DNA of 32,000 nucleotides from an archaeon (GTDB lineage Archaea > Asgardarchaeota > Thorarchaeia > Thorarchaeales > Thorarchaeaceae), in assembly GCA_024275415.1 (NCBI GenBank), contig JAJRZD010000020.1, forward strand, positions 30,001 to 62,000, read 5' to 3'. The translations under genes were made by a program, and so were the position numbers. Each line of letters begins with the position of its first letter. Position 1 is the stretch's first letter. Of this stretch, positions 16,129 to 24,782 are shown piece by piece. The notes below the pieces were generated by a model. That model had not been told where the DNA came from. It did no database searches and was given only the letters and a program-made list of their open reading frames with translations.

Positions 16129-19086
16129 CTATATTTCGCCAGCTTCTTCCTGGAAGGTCAGAAGAATCCTATCAGTTGCTGTTGTGGCTTTCTTGATAGT
16201 CTTGAGATAATCCTGACGCGACTTCTCAAACGCAGCACGGCTTATCTTTTGCTTCTTCTTTCTCAGGAGGAGCTGACGAAGACCAGCCTTGGCACCCTCG
16301 ATTTTCTCGTCTTGAAGTTCGAGTTGAGATATGAGATCGCGATACCGTGCACCATGTTGAATCAAGCTCTCCTTTAGTTTCGGTAGAGCTTTGTCCACCT
16401 CATTCATCTGATTCTTGATATCTCGTTCTCGGATCATGAACTCTTTCTTAGTGACCTTGCCTTTTCTCCTTGCAGATTCGAGCTTTTCCAACTCAAGGTT
16501 CAACGAAACCTTCTTTGAATAGGTCTTTGCAAATTCTGACAGGAGCTCGATAGGTGCACCAGCCTGTCGGGTTTCTACGTGGCTGTCAGTTCGGTCTTCT
16601 GCACCGGATGATGATTCGATAAAGCCCCATCGCCGATATGCCACAAAGATTGACGCAATGAAACCAATAATCATTGCAAAGACAACAGGACGTGATGCAG
16701 AACCGATTGATATGCTATATACTAACACAATCTGAGGTGGGTTATACCTAGTTGTGTTGTACTTGGTAAACCGAAGAGTGGCATCAAACACACCATGGAG
16801 CAACCGATAATCCCCACTCACAGATTTTACATCAATGGCTGGAGAGAGAACGACATCTACAACATGGGTCTGGACAAGAGTGTCGCCGAATGTCCCCATG
16901 GGTAGTGATAGGATGGTTCCGCTGGTGTTTGTTTGAATATAAGATTCCATCTGCACGGTATAGTCAATATAGAACGTGTAAGAGTAGCCAGGGAGAAAAC
17001 CTTTCTCTCCAAATCGATCTTTCTGAAGGTTAATCTGAAGCTTGAGTGTGGAGTTCAAATCCCACTCACCAGTGGGTTGCGAGTTCGCAAGAATACCGAC
17101 CTCATCGAATATCTTCACGGATGGGACATATTCAGGCAACGTGAAGAGGAGGATGCTCTCTTTTGCAGGACCTATGTTTCTCATAGATATCTCTTCATGA
17201 AAACGCATGTATCCCCAAGGGTCTATAGTAACCCTTGTGTACCTGTCCGCGAGAATCAATGGGGTGTATGAGGTCATCTCAAAGCTGAAAGACTCACTCT
17301 GCATGGGGAGCAAGTTATGCCAGACGCCTTCTGGAGTGTCAGTAAGGAGTGTATCACCACTCCTAAAGGCAAGTATCAGCTGAGCGGTTCTGAGTACGTA
17401 GGGAACCATTGGATATTTCATGAACTCGACTTCATAGGTATTCTCATCAAAATCAATGAGTGTATGAAGTGAGTGGAATTGGAAGGTTATTGTGAATCGA
17501 TAGGTGCGACCGTAATCAACAGCTTGGAACATATACACGCGCCAGTGATAGAGTCCCTGATAGTCCTCAAGTCGGACTATTTCGAGCGCGTTCTCGTCAG
17601 AATCGGCAGCACTTATGTCTAATAGGCGGTCACCATATTCTGCGGGGAGGAATATCTCGAGGGCATTGATAGGTGCAGAGCCGTTGTTCCTCACATCATA
17701 AACATCACGGACCTCAGTGGTATGGTAAAACTTTGTGGCCACGGTTCGTTCCACATCAAGTTTCATCCCTAGGAGTGGGAGGTATGGACGGTCAATGACA
17801 ATCTCTACGGACTGAACTGTCGTCACATTCGAGGGGTCTGTTGCGTTGACGAGGATAGTATGAGTGCCTTCATCTATTTCTGTAAGGTCAAGTGACGTTT
17901 CCCAAAGACCCGTCTGGAAGTCATAAGTTATCTCTGTCCATTCGTCATCATCCAATCGATAGAAGGTTCTTCGAACCCATGAGTTGTCTGACACGTTCAG
18001 AGAAAGATCTGCCACATATCCAAGCGTGGCATTTGCTTCAGGACTGTTGATCTGAATAGTGGGGCCTTCATTTGGAGTGAAAGAAGTCATAGGAGTTGCA
18101 GCCCATGCGGTATGTTGTGCCGGCAACTCAGAGATATCCTCACTACTGCCATACATGAGCATGAACGGATATGACAGATCAGTTGCATTGGTTAGAGGGA
18201 TATCATCAGGATCTGTGCTATTCATCAGAATGAAGTACTCGAGTTGTGTTTTCGTCCCATCGTCGCTTCCGTCTGCAGAGATAATCCTACTCTGGTTTGC
18301 ATCGGGCTGGTGTTGAAAGGTACTAATTCCATGTTCATCGCTGTATTCGATGTCGCTTGCAAGAGCTGGATTGCTGAATTCGTTGTTGATACGGGTAACA
18401 GTTATGATATACTCCAAATCCTGCCCATACATCGGATGCGATGGTTCGTTGTATGCCTCCTCAGCAGGAATGATAAAGTGCTTTGTTTCACCAATCCTCA
18501 TCCCAATGATGGCATCCTTGTAACCTTGTAAGAGACTCTCGTCACCGATAGGGGTTGTCGAATCATCATTCGGGACATTACCTTCTTCAACAAGAGTGCC
18601 ATTCCTCAGTTTGAGGATGTAGTGAACCGTAACTACATCAGATGCCTTGACTCTGGTATAGGTCTGATGAGGAGTCCCAGGGGCATAGCCGAAAATCAAA
18701 TCCGAATTGTTTAGACCATCTGACCGGAAATCATCGGTATAGTTCTTCCATCCTAGAGCGATCCAACCAGATGTCGCAGCCTCAAGGCCCACAAAAAGGA
18801 CTGACGAATTATGTTCCATGTACACGGTGATACCGGTCACAGGATCTGTGTAGGACGACGAATATTCCGTAGGGTCAATAATCCCATCAGCACGGCCAAA
18901 ATGTTCGTCAACATAGGGGATGGATAGATTGACAGAAGATTCAGCTAGCGCTATTGATGGGGCAGGATCAGATATCGTTGTGCTTCTGTCCCATCCATCA
19001 TTATCTAGGGTAAGTAGCATGACACTGTTGCTAAGTAGAAGTGTCAATAGTATGAGAATCGCTGCTCTTTGTTTAAACAGACCCAA
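16129..19086 (-). CDS. Multidomain membrane protein: signal/TM + DOMON-like domain with inserted FKBP PPIase + Ig-like + ribophorin I (OST1)-like luminal domain + TM + helical cytoplasmic tail
   Basis: TTG start after SD GGTGATC. DOMON-like motifs GWIALGW and DLIFGY; FKBP motifs VTVHY and GYKDAIIGMRIGETKHFIIPAEEAY; Ig-like PTIQINSP...EGTHTILVNATD; ribophorin-like IDPWGYMRFHEEI...GYSYTFYIDY; TM near aa 800; charged helical C-terminus. Confidence 0.8.
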   Translation of the reverse strand: MGLFKQRAAILILLTLLLSNSVMLLTLDNDGWDRSTTISDPAPSIALAESSVNLSIPYVDEHFGRADGIIDPTEYSSSYTDPVTGITVYMEHNSSVLFVGLEAATSGWIALGWKNYTDDFRSDGLNNSDLIFGYAPGTPHQTYTRVKASDVVTVHYILKLRNGTLVEEGNVPNDDSTTPIGDESLLQGYKDAIIGMRIGETKHFIIPAEEAYNEPSHPMYGQDLEYIITVTRINNEFSNPALASDIEYSDEHGISTFQHQPDANQSRIISADGSDDGTKTQLEYFILMNSTDPDDIPLTNATDLSYPFMLMYGSSEDISELPAQHTAWAATPMTSFTPNEGPTIQINSPEANATLGYVADLSLNVSDNSWVRRTFYRLDDDEWTEITYDFQTGLWETSLDLTEIDEGTHTILVNATDPSNVTTVQSVEIVIDRPYLPLLGMKLDVERTVATKFYHTTEVRDVYDVRNNGSAPINALEIFLPAEYGDRLLDISAADSDENALEIVRLEDYQGLYHWRVYMFQAVDYGRTYRFTITFQFHSLHTLIDFDENTYEVEFMKYPMVPYVLRTAQLILAFRSGDTLLTDTPEGVWHNLLPMQSESFSFEMTSYTPLILADRYTRVTIDPWGYMRFHEEISMRNIGPAKESILLFTLPEYVPSVKIFDEVGILANSQPTGEWDLNSTLKLQINLQKDRFGEKGFLPGYSYTFYIDYTVQMESYIQTNTSGTILSLPMGTFGDTLVQTHVVDVVLSPAIDVKSVSGDYRLLHGVFDATLRFTKYNTTRYNPPQIVLVYSISIGSASRPVVFAMIIGFIASIFVAYRRWGFIESSSGAEDRTDSHVETRQAGAPIELLSEFAKTYSKKVSLNLELEKLESARRKGKVTKKEFMIRERDIKNQMNEVDKALPKLKESLIQHGARYRDLISQLELQDEKIEGAKAGLRQLLLRKKKQKISRAAFEKSRQDYLKTIKKATTATDRILLTFQEEAGEI

Positions 19087-19268
19087 TACAGATCACCGTT
19101 TATTATTCTGATAGATAATGGTCTAGTTTGCCAGACCACGAACAATGCGCACGAATTTCGAGTCCGTTAAAATAGTTTCCGTTAGATTAGGCATTGTACC
19201 TAAAAGCAGCAATACCTAAAAACCGTTAAATGGTGTTCGAATCAGGTGTGTGAGAGGTCGAATCACAA

Positions 19269-20285
19269 ATGCTCTTGATGCTGATGGTTGCACTGGTTTC
19301 CTTTGTTATCGTCGTGATGTTCATGCCAGGAACGATAAGGATGCTCCGAGAGAAGGATATCGTTGGCATCGATGTGCACAAACACAATAAACCTGAGGTG
19401 CCCAAAGGCGGAGGTTTCGTGTTTCTCTTTGCAATAGTGGCATCAATTCTAGTAGTCATTGGTGTAACAACATTCCAAGAGGGCAACGTGAACCCAGGAC
19501 TTCTAGCAGCATTGGTTTCAATACTGATGGCGGGGATGATAGGCCTTCTAGATGACACCTTCGATTTCAGGAATCGCACAAAGGTCGTACTTCCACTTGT
19601 CGCTTCCATACCAATCATTGCAATGCAAGTAGGCACAACAAAGATGGACATCCCTCTCATTGGCACTATTGATTTAGGAATAATATACCCCCTGATTGTA
19701 GTCCCATTGATGATGACGTTCATTATCGATTCCACGAACATGTACGGAGGAATGAATGGACTAGAATCAATCTTGGCTGCGATAAATGCCTCTGCGATTG
19801 TGATGTTTCTCGTCTTGAAGACAGTACTGTTTCAGGACACAATCTCCAGTGGACAAGCAGATGCAGGAATTGTCGCAGGAGCACTATTGGGGGCTTCAAT
19901 CGGATTTCTCATCTTCAACTGGTATCCGGCAAAGGTGCTCCCCGGGGATGTAGGAAGACTTGCACTCGGTGCAACTATTGCTTCTGCATTGATCTTGGGG
20001 AACATGGATCGCCTCGCGGTGATGCTCTATGCACCGTTCATGTTCAATTTCTTGCTCTATCTCATATATCGTGTTCATGTGAAAAGAACAGGAAAAGAAT
20101 GGACCAAATTCGCAAAGCCAAGAGAGGATGGCACTCTTGAGGTTGTGGGCCCCTACACAATGTATTGGCTGTTGCCACATCTCTCGAAGAAGGTAACTGA
20201 AAGATTGAACGTGGTGATGCTTGCGCTCCTTCAGGCATTGCTTGCCTATGGTACAATCTATTTGATATTATTCCCGGTATTCTGA
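19269..20285 (+). CDS. aglH: UDP-GlcNAc:polyprenol-phosphate GlcNAc-1-phosphate transferase (AglH/Alg7/DPAGT1, MraY/GPT family)
   Basis: Motifs GIDVHK-x-NKPEVPKGGG, IGLLDD, NMYGGMNGLE and FNWYPAKVLPGDVG, with about 10 TM segments. Confidence 0.9.
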   Translation: MLLMLMVALVSFVIVVMFMPGTIRMLREKDIVGIDVHKHNKPEVPKGGGFVFLFAIVASILVVIGVTTFQEGNVNPGLLAALVSILMAGMIGLLDDTFDFRNRTKVVLPLVASIPIIAMQVGTTKMDIPLIGTIDLGIIYPLIVVPLMMTFIIDSTNMYGGMNGLESILAAINASAIVMFLVLKTVLFQDTISSGQADAGIVAGALLGASIGFLIFNWYPAKVLPGDVGRLALGATIASALILGNMDRLAVMLYAPFMFNFLLYLIYRVHVKRTGKEWTKFAKPREDGTLEVVGPYTMYWLLPHLSKKVTERLNVVMLALLQALLAYGTIYLILFPVF

Positions 20286-20304
20286 GAAACAGGACAATGG
20301 AACC

Positions 20305-21357
20305 TTATTGAATCTTTGTTGGAAGATACTCGTCAACTACAAAGTCGATTCCAAAACGGCTGAAGGCCTGCTGCTCAGCTTTCTTTCGAAGTCGCCTGAA
20401 GGATTCTATTGCGGATTGCCAGTCATCGGATAAATAACGCGAGTCTTTGGACAGTTCGTCTAATCTCTTAAGATCACGATTATTCATGTCCTCACAGGGA
20501 AGATTGTATCTCACAATATCATCAGCATTCACCCCAATCCATTCAGCTGTCGGGATTGCTAAATCGCGGATGTGTGCTGCATTAGCACTGCCTGCAATGA
20601 TGACCCTTGCGATGTGCATCCCCCACGGGTCGCCATCGGTGAATATCTTCACAGGCAAGTGCAGTTCGTCGTGCAATCGTCGCATCAATCTTCGTGTCGA
20701 TCGAGGTGCCTGGCCACCCAGATGCACCAAAATACAGTCGAATCGTTCCCAGCATCGGGTTTCGATGAGTCGGGAGAACATTCCCCCGGACTCGACAGCA
20801 AGAATGAGCTTGGCATCCGTCCTTACAGGAGATGCCGAGAGTAGGGCAGGACCTATCGGCAATCCATCGGGACTTATCGTGAGGTCAACTTCCTTGTCTT
20901 CATAGCCTTTGACAGTGTAACGCATGATAACTTTCCCGTAGATAGAAGAATGCTCTTCCGGGAAGAAACCCAATGACTCACGGGGATATTCAATCAGGGC
21001 TTCAAGGTCAGATAATAATCTGTCCGATTCAGCTTGGTCTTTGAATCTGACGCCGAACGCCTCACTTGAATAGTAGAGGTCTCTTAGAGAGCTTGTCCTA
21101 CCGGACTCAAGAAGTCGCTTCGAGAATGAAGCGATCCACATTAGCTGCATGAAGCTCCGAATATGCTTGCTATTTGACGAGTCGCGGGTAGTCCTAGAGT
21201 CCCCAAGGATGAATTGCTCGGTCTGCTCGTCAAACACTATGTTTTCTGTACTCCGAGCAGGTATCTCAATTCTTGGAAAATGTCCATCCTCAATTGATGA
21301 CAGAATCTTTTTCCCCAGCTCAGTCAAACTCTTGATAGGGTCGCTCATATCAGACAT
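20305..21357 (-). CDS. top6A: DNA topoisomerase VI subunit A
   Basis: The catalytic Tyr motif SLRDLYY, Toprim AVESGG, DGDPWG and KAEQQAF. Confidence 0.97.
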   Translation of the reverse strand: MSDMSDPIKSLTELGKKILSSIEDGHFPRIEIPARSTENIVFDEQTEQFILGDSRTTRDSSNSKHIRSFMQLMWIASFSKRLLESGRTSSLRDLYYSSEAFGVRFKDQAESDRLLSDLEALIEYPRESLGFFPEEHSSIYGKVIMRYTVKGYEDKEVDLTISPDGLPIGPALLSASPVRTDAKLILAVESGGMFSRLIETRCWERFDCILVHLGGQAPRSTRRLMRRLHDELHLPVKIFTDGDPWGMHIARVIIAGSANAAHIRDLAIPTAEWIGVNADDIVRYNLPCEDMNNRDLKRLDELSKDSRYLSDDWQSAIESFRRLRKKAEQQAFSRFGIDFVVDEYLPTKIQ

Positions 21358-22876
21358 CGCTATCTACCTCGAAAAGTTCGTTAATCATCCGTGATGTGTC
21401 AGGAATATTGTCAACCCCTGCAACCTCACTACTGAACTTGGCCAGCAGGTTGAAAAGCCTTGAGAACTCCTTCAACTTCCGTCTAGAATGTAAAGCACGC
21501 TTCTTCCCCTCAGAAAACACTTTCAGTTTTCGGCCAAGCTCACGATACAATGATAGTATCTCAGAGGTAATTGAACTGACTGATGTGATGGATTGCTTCC
21601 CAGCCGCTGAATAAGGAACCCTAATGGAGCAGAAGTGTGTGAAGATAGCTACGCCACTGATTTCAGGAGGCTTGTATCGCGCCCAAGGGATGCGCTTGAG
21701 TGTCTTCGCAAAGACATCATCAGTTGAGTCATAGAGCAGCGGTACACGATTGGCAAACCTGAAGAGATGTGGAATGTCGGATTGTTCGAATGCATCACTA
21801 ATTGCCAACACACCTTCCACGATATACGGGAAACCATCCCATTCGAGGGGGCCTCGTTGGGAATAACCAATCACTGTGGCGTTGAATTCTTTCCGAATCG
21901 CATTAAAGAACGACTCCTTTCCGACAGGACTCAGGCAAGTCGCACTTGGTTTCCCAAACTTGTCATACTTGCGGAGAGAATTGCCTAGATATGAGAGCGC
22001 TTCTCTATCAAGAGACCCTATTGTCGCTCGCGGATCCATCCGGATGAAATTGAGAAATTTTTCAGCGGTCTTATGCCCTAGCTGCTGAAAGGAACCAACC
22101 AGAAATTCGTGAAGACGCAGATCCGGATTCTTTGCAGCAAGACGTCTGATTAGTTCAAGATCTGCTGCATGGGGATGTGGCAACGAGTCCACTGGTAGTG
22201 AAGGGATCTTCTTGGTGAACCCTCCGAAAGTGTACCGTTCTGTATCATCCAATGATAGAGTGATCCGCGCATGGGGAGTGGAAATGCCAGTTAGTCGCAA
22301 ATATTCGATGACACGCTCGCGAGATCGTTTCAAATCACCATTCAATGTGATGTGTACTGTGGTACCTCGCTCTTTCCGTTTCAACGGGTTCGACGATTTG
22401 ACGATAGGTGAGTTTGATTCGATATCGATGTACACACTGTATTCGTTCCCTTCGTTCTGAGCGGTTTTTGTGTGTATTACAGCTGGTGTACCTGTCGAGA
22501 TCTGTCCATAGAGTACCGCCATTGTGACCCCAAGCCCAAAGGTGCCTCGCCTCTGTCTAGAACTATATTTGTTGCCATACAACACCTTGCCAAACGCGTT
22601 TGGAACGTTCTCATCGGGCACCCCAGTACCATTGTCAGATACCGACACGGTGCAGGTGCGTCCAAGCTCGGATTGGATTGTTACATCTACGGTAGGAAGC
22701 ACTCTTGCTTCCTCACATGAATCAAGGCTGTTCTCTACGAGTTCTCGCACTGTCGTGTACAGCGACTGGGTCGGGTTCTCAAAGCCAGCCATCTGTCGGT
22801 TCCTGTAGAAGAATTCGGCTGGTGATATCCCTCTGAAGTTTCCAGACGCTGAACCAGTCATAGTGTTCAATCTCAT
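21350..22876 (-). CDS. top6B: DNA topoisomerase VI subunit B
   Basis: SPAEFF, GHKL motifs ELVENSLDSC, DNGTG and RGTFGLG, followed by PHP, H2TH and RFANRVPLLY. Confidence 0.97.
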   Translation of the reverse strand: MRLNTMTGSASGNFRGISPAEFFYRNRQMAGFENPTQSLYTTVRELVENSLDSCEEARVLPTVDVTIQSELGRTCTVSVSDNGTGVPDENVPNAFGKVLYGNKYSSRQRRGTFGLGVTMAVLYGQISTGTPAVIHTKTAQNEGNEYSVYIDIESNSPIVKSSNPLKRKERGTTVHITLNGDLKRSRERVIEYLRLTGISTPHARITLSLDDTERYTFGGFTKKIPSLPVDSLPHPHAADLELIRRLAAKNPDLRLHEFLVGSFQQLGHKTAEKFLNFIRMDPRATIGSLDREALSYLGNSLRKYDKFGKPSATCLSPVGKESFFNAIRKEFNATVIGYSQRGPLEWDGFPYIVEGVLAISDAFEQSDIPHLFRFANRVPLLYDSTDDVFAKTLKRIPWARYKPPEISGVAIFTHFCSIRVPYSAAGKQSITSVSSITSEILSLYRELGRKLKVFSEGKKRALHSRRKLKEFSRLFNLLAKFSSEVAGVDNIPDTSRMINELFEVDSDV

Positions 22877-22916
22877 ATCATAAGGATGATATTTTCAGGC
22901 CGCGTATTACGCTTGG

Positions 22917-23486
22917 TCAGTAGTCGCTCATCCAAAGCTCGGATTTGATTCGGTTAATCTCACGGCGACTTCTCTCAAGGTATTTGTAGACAGAGCCATG
23001 TGGAGCGCCATCAATCAACATGGTCACAGCCCGAGTTGCATAATCAAGCTGTGGATCATAACCTATGATAGCAACTGTCCGCCCATACACCGAAACTTTG
23101 GTTTCTGTAACCTCCTCAATCACCCGACGAGTACGGCCGTTCTCGCCAATTATCCTACCTGCCACCCGTTTCAGCTGAGATGGAGAAGTGCCAACAAACT
23201 CTCTAAGAGAGATGATTACTAGGCGGGCGTCCTCATCAATCAGAGACAGAGCACGTTTGGGACTAAAACCTCGTGCCATTGCCTGAATGATGTCCCGTGC
23301 TTTCCAAAGGAGCACATGATCGTCGGCATTCGCAGAACCCCTAATAGTGACGACACCATCTGAGCCGACCTCAATCTTAGTGTTCGTTAGTTGTTCGACT
23401 CGTTTGCGGACACGTCCATTTCGCCCCACTATGACTGCAATACGTTCCTCGGGAACACGAATTACTTTATGAAACATCATTTTCAA
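22917..23486 (-). CDS. dim2: KH-domain rRNA-processing protein (Dim2/Pno1-like)
   Basis: Two GxxG loops (IVGRNG, IIGENG), ARGFSP and GAPHGSVY, in conserved synteny with RIO1. The start may be ATG 23480. Confidence 0.9.
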   Translation of the reverse strand: MKMMFHKVIRVPEERIAVIVGRNGRVRKRVEQLTNTKIEVGSDGVVTIRGSANADDHVLLWKARDIIQAMARGFSPKRALSLIDEDARLVIISLREFVGTSPSQLKRVAGRIIGENGRTRRVIEEVTETKVSVYGRTVAIIGYDPQLDYATRAVTMLIDGAPHGSVYKYLERSRREINRIKSELWMSDY

Positions 23487-24271
23487 GAATCACCTGAGTT
23501 AAGAATCTCGGAGGTCAGGTCTTGGGGGTCCTGGGTATCCACTCCAAGTTTATTGAAGAAGTGTGTTATGTTTTTAATATCACGATAGAGGTATCTCGAA
23601 GCATTATCGTGGTCACGGACAAGAGATTGTGATACATCAATGAAAACAGGTTCGCCCACCCAGAGAATGTTATACTCGCTGAGGTCTGCATGCACAAGCT
23701 TTGCTTTTGTATAGCCCATCTTAATCATCTTGATGATGTCACGATAGGTCGTTTCTGGCGAAGGTATTTCCACGTTCTTGATCAATGGCGCTGCAGTCGC
23801 ATTTTTTTGGTCGCCAATGAATTCCATTATCAGCACATTCCGATATATGGCAACAGGCTTAGGTACGCGCACACCAGCATCATAATAGCGAGCAAGGTTC
23901 TTGTATTCCTTCATGGCCCATTGTGGCACAAGAACCCTATTCTTTCGCCCCACACGTTTGAAACGAGGGTCTCCAACCATATATTCCCTCATAAAATCGG
24001 TTTCTGCTGTCGAAACACGGTATATCTTCACAGCAACCGATTTGTTATCAGTGGTTTCTCCACGATACACATTTGCTTCTTTCCCTGTACTTATGACACC
24101 ATGAACTGCATTGATGACACCCCTGTTGAAAAGACGAAAGATGACCTTGAGTGTTGGAGGGTCAATTACGCCCTCAACAACCTTGAATTCGTCATCATCA
24201 CGGCGACGCTTTGACCTGCGACTGTCTAGTTGGTCTTCGATCTTGCGCCGTTGCTTTTCAGCTCTCTTCAA
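23483..24271 (-). CDS. rio1: RIO1 atypical serine kinase
   Basis: Motifs ISTGKEANVY, AVKIYR, KEYKNL, LVHADLSEYNIL and IDVSQS. Confidence 0.96.
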   Translation of the reverse strand: MKRAEKQRRKIEDQLDSRRSKRRRDDDEFKVVEGVIDPPTLKVIFRLFNRGVINAVHGVISTGKEANVYRGETTDNKSVAVKIYRVSTAETDFMREYMVGDPRFKRVGRKNRVLVPQWAMKEYKNLARYYDAGVRVPKPVAIYRNVLIMEFIGDQKNATAAPLIKNVEIPSPETTYRDIIKMIKMGYTKAKLVHADLSEYNILWVGEPVFIDVSQSLVRDHDNASRYLYRDIKNITHFFNKLGVDTQDPQDLTSEILNSGDS

Positions 24272-24349
24272 TTCAGTTTATCACCTGTCAGATAGGATAC
24301 TATCCTTTCAAGAGAATGTACCTATGAAGAAAAAGCTTGAGATTGTTAT

Positions 24350-24679
24350 CTAAAACATCTTGAGAATCTTATGTCGGTTCAGCCAATCAAGCTCGTTGTT
24401 TCGATACCTATAGACGACATCGCATTTCTGATCAGACTGGAACTCCCACGGAACTACAAGAACCGTATCACCAATTCGCATCCAGACTCGCTTTTTCATT
24501 CGACCGGGTATCCTCCCAATCCGGATATTGCCATCTTCGCAACGTATCCTGACACGGTCATGTCCAAGCATCTGGATGATGATTCCAAAAAGCTCACCAT
24601 TATCTCGATTAGGTGTCCGTACACGGACTAATTCTCCATCGGGTCCTATTACTGGTCCATCTCGTCTTCGTCGTGACAA
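24350..24679 (-). CDS. eif1a: Translation initiation factor aIF-1A
   Basis: Motifs QMLGHDRVRIRCEDG, RIPGRMKKRVWMRIGD-x-VLVVPWEFQ and DVVYRY. TTG start after GGAGG. Confidence 0.97.
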   Translation of the reverse strand: MSRRRRDGPVIGPDGELVRVRTPNRDNGELFGIIIQMLGHDRVRIRCEDGNIRIGRIPGRMKKRVWMRIGDTVLVVPWEFQSDQKCDVVYRYRNNELDWLNRHKILKMF

Positions 24680-24782
24680 AATAATCCTCCAATCAATGCT
24701 AGGGGTGCCCTAGCCGCTATGTCTGGAAGTACTACCAAGCATTTAAGACTAACGAAATCGCCACCTTACTGTGGCTCACCCC

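Noticed and set aside
19226-19741. The 171-aa minus-strand ORF and other long antisense ORFs (e.g. 2996-3445, 6843-7382, 20447-20905, 23690-24214, 30570-31344)
   Set aside because: They are shadow frames fully overlapping well-supported genes, with no recognisable motifs.
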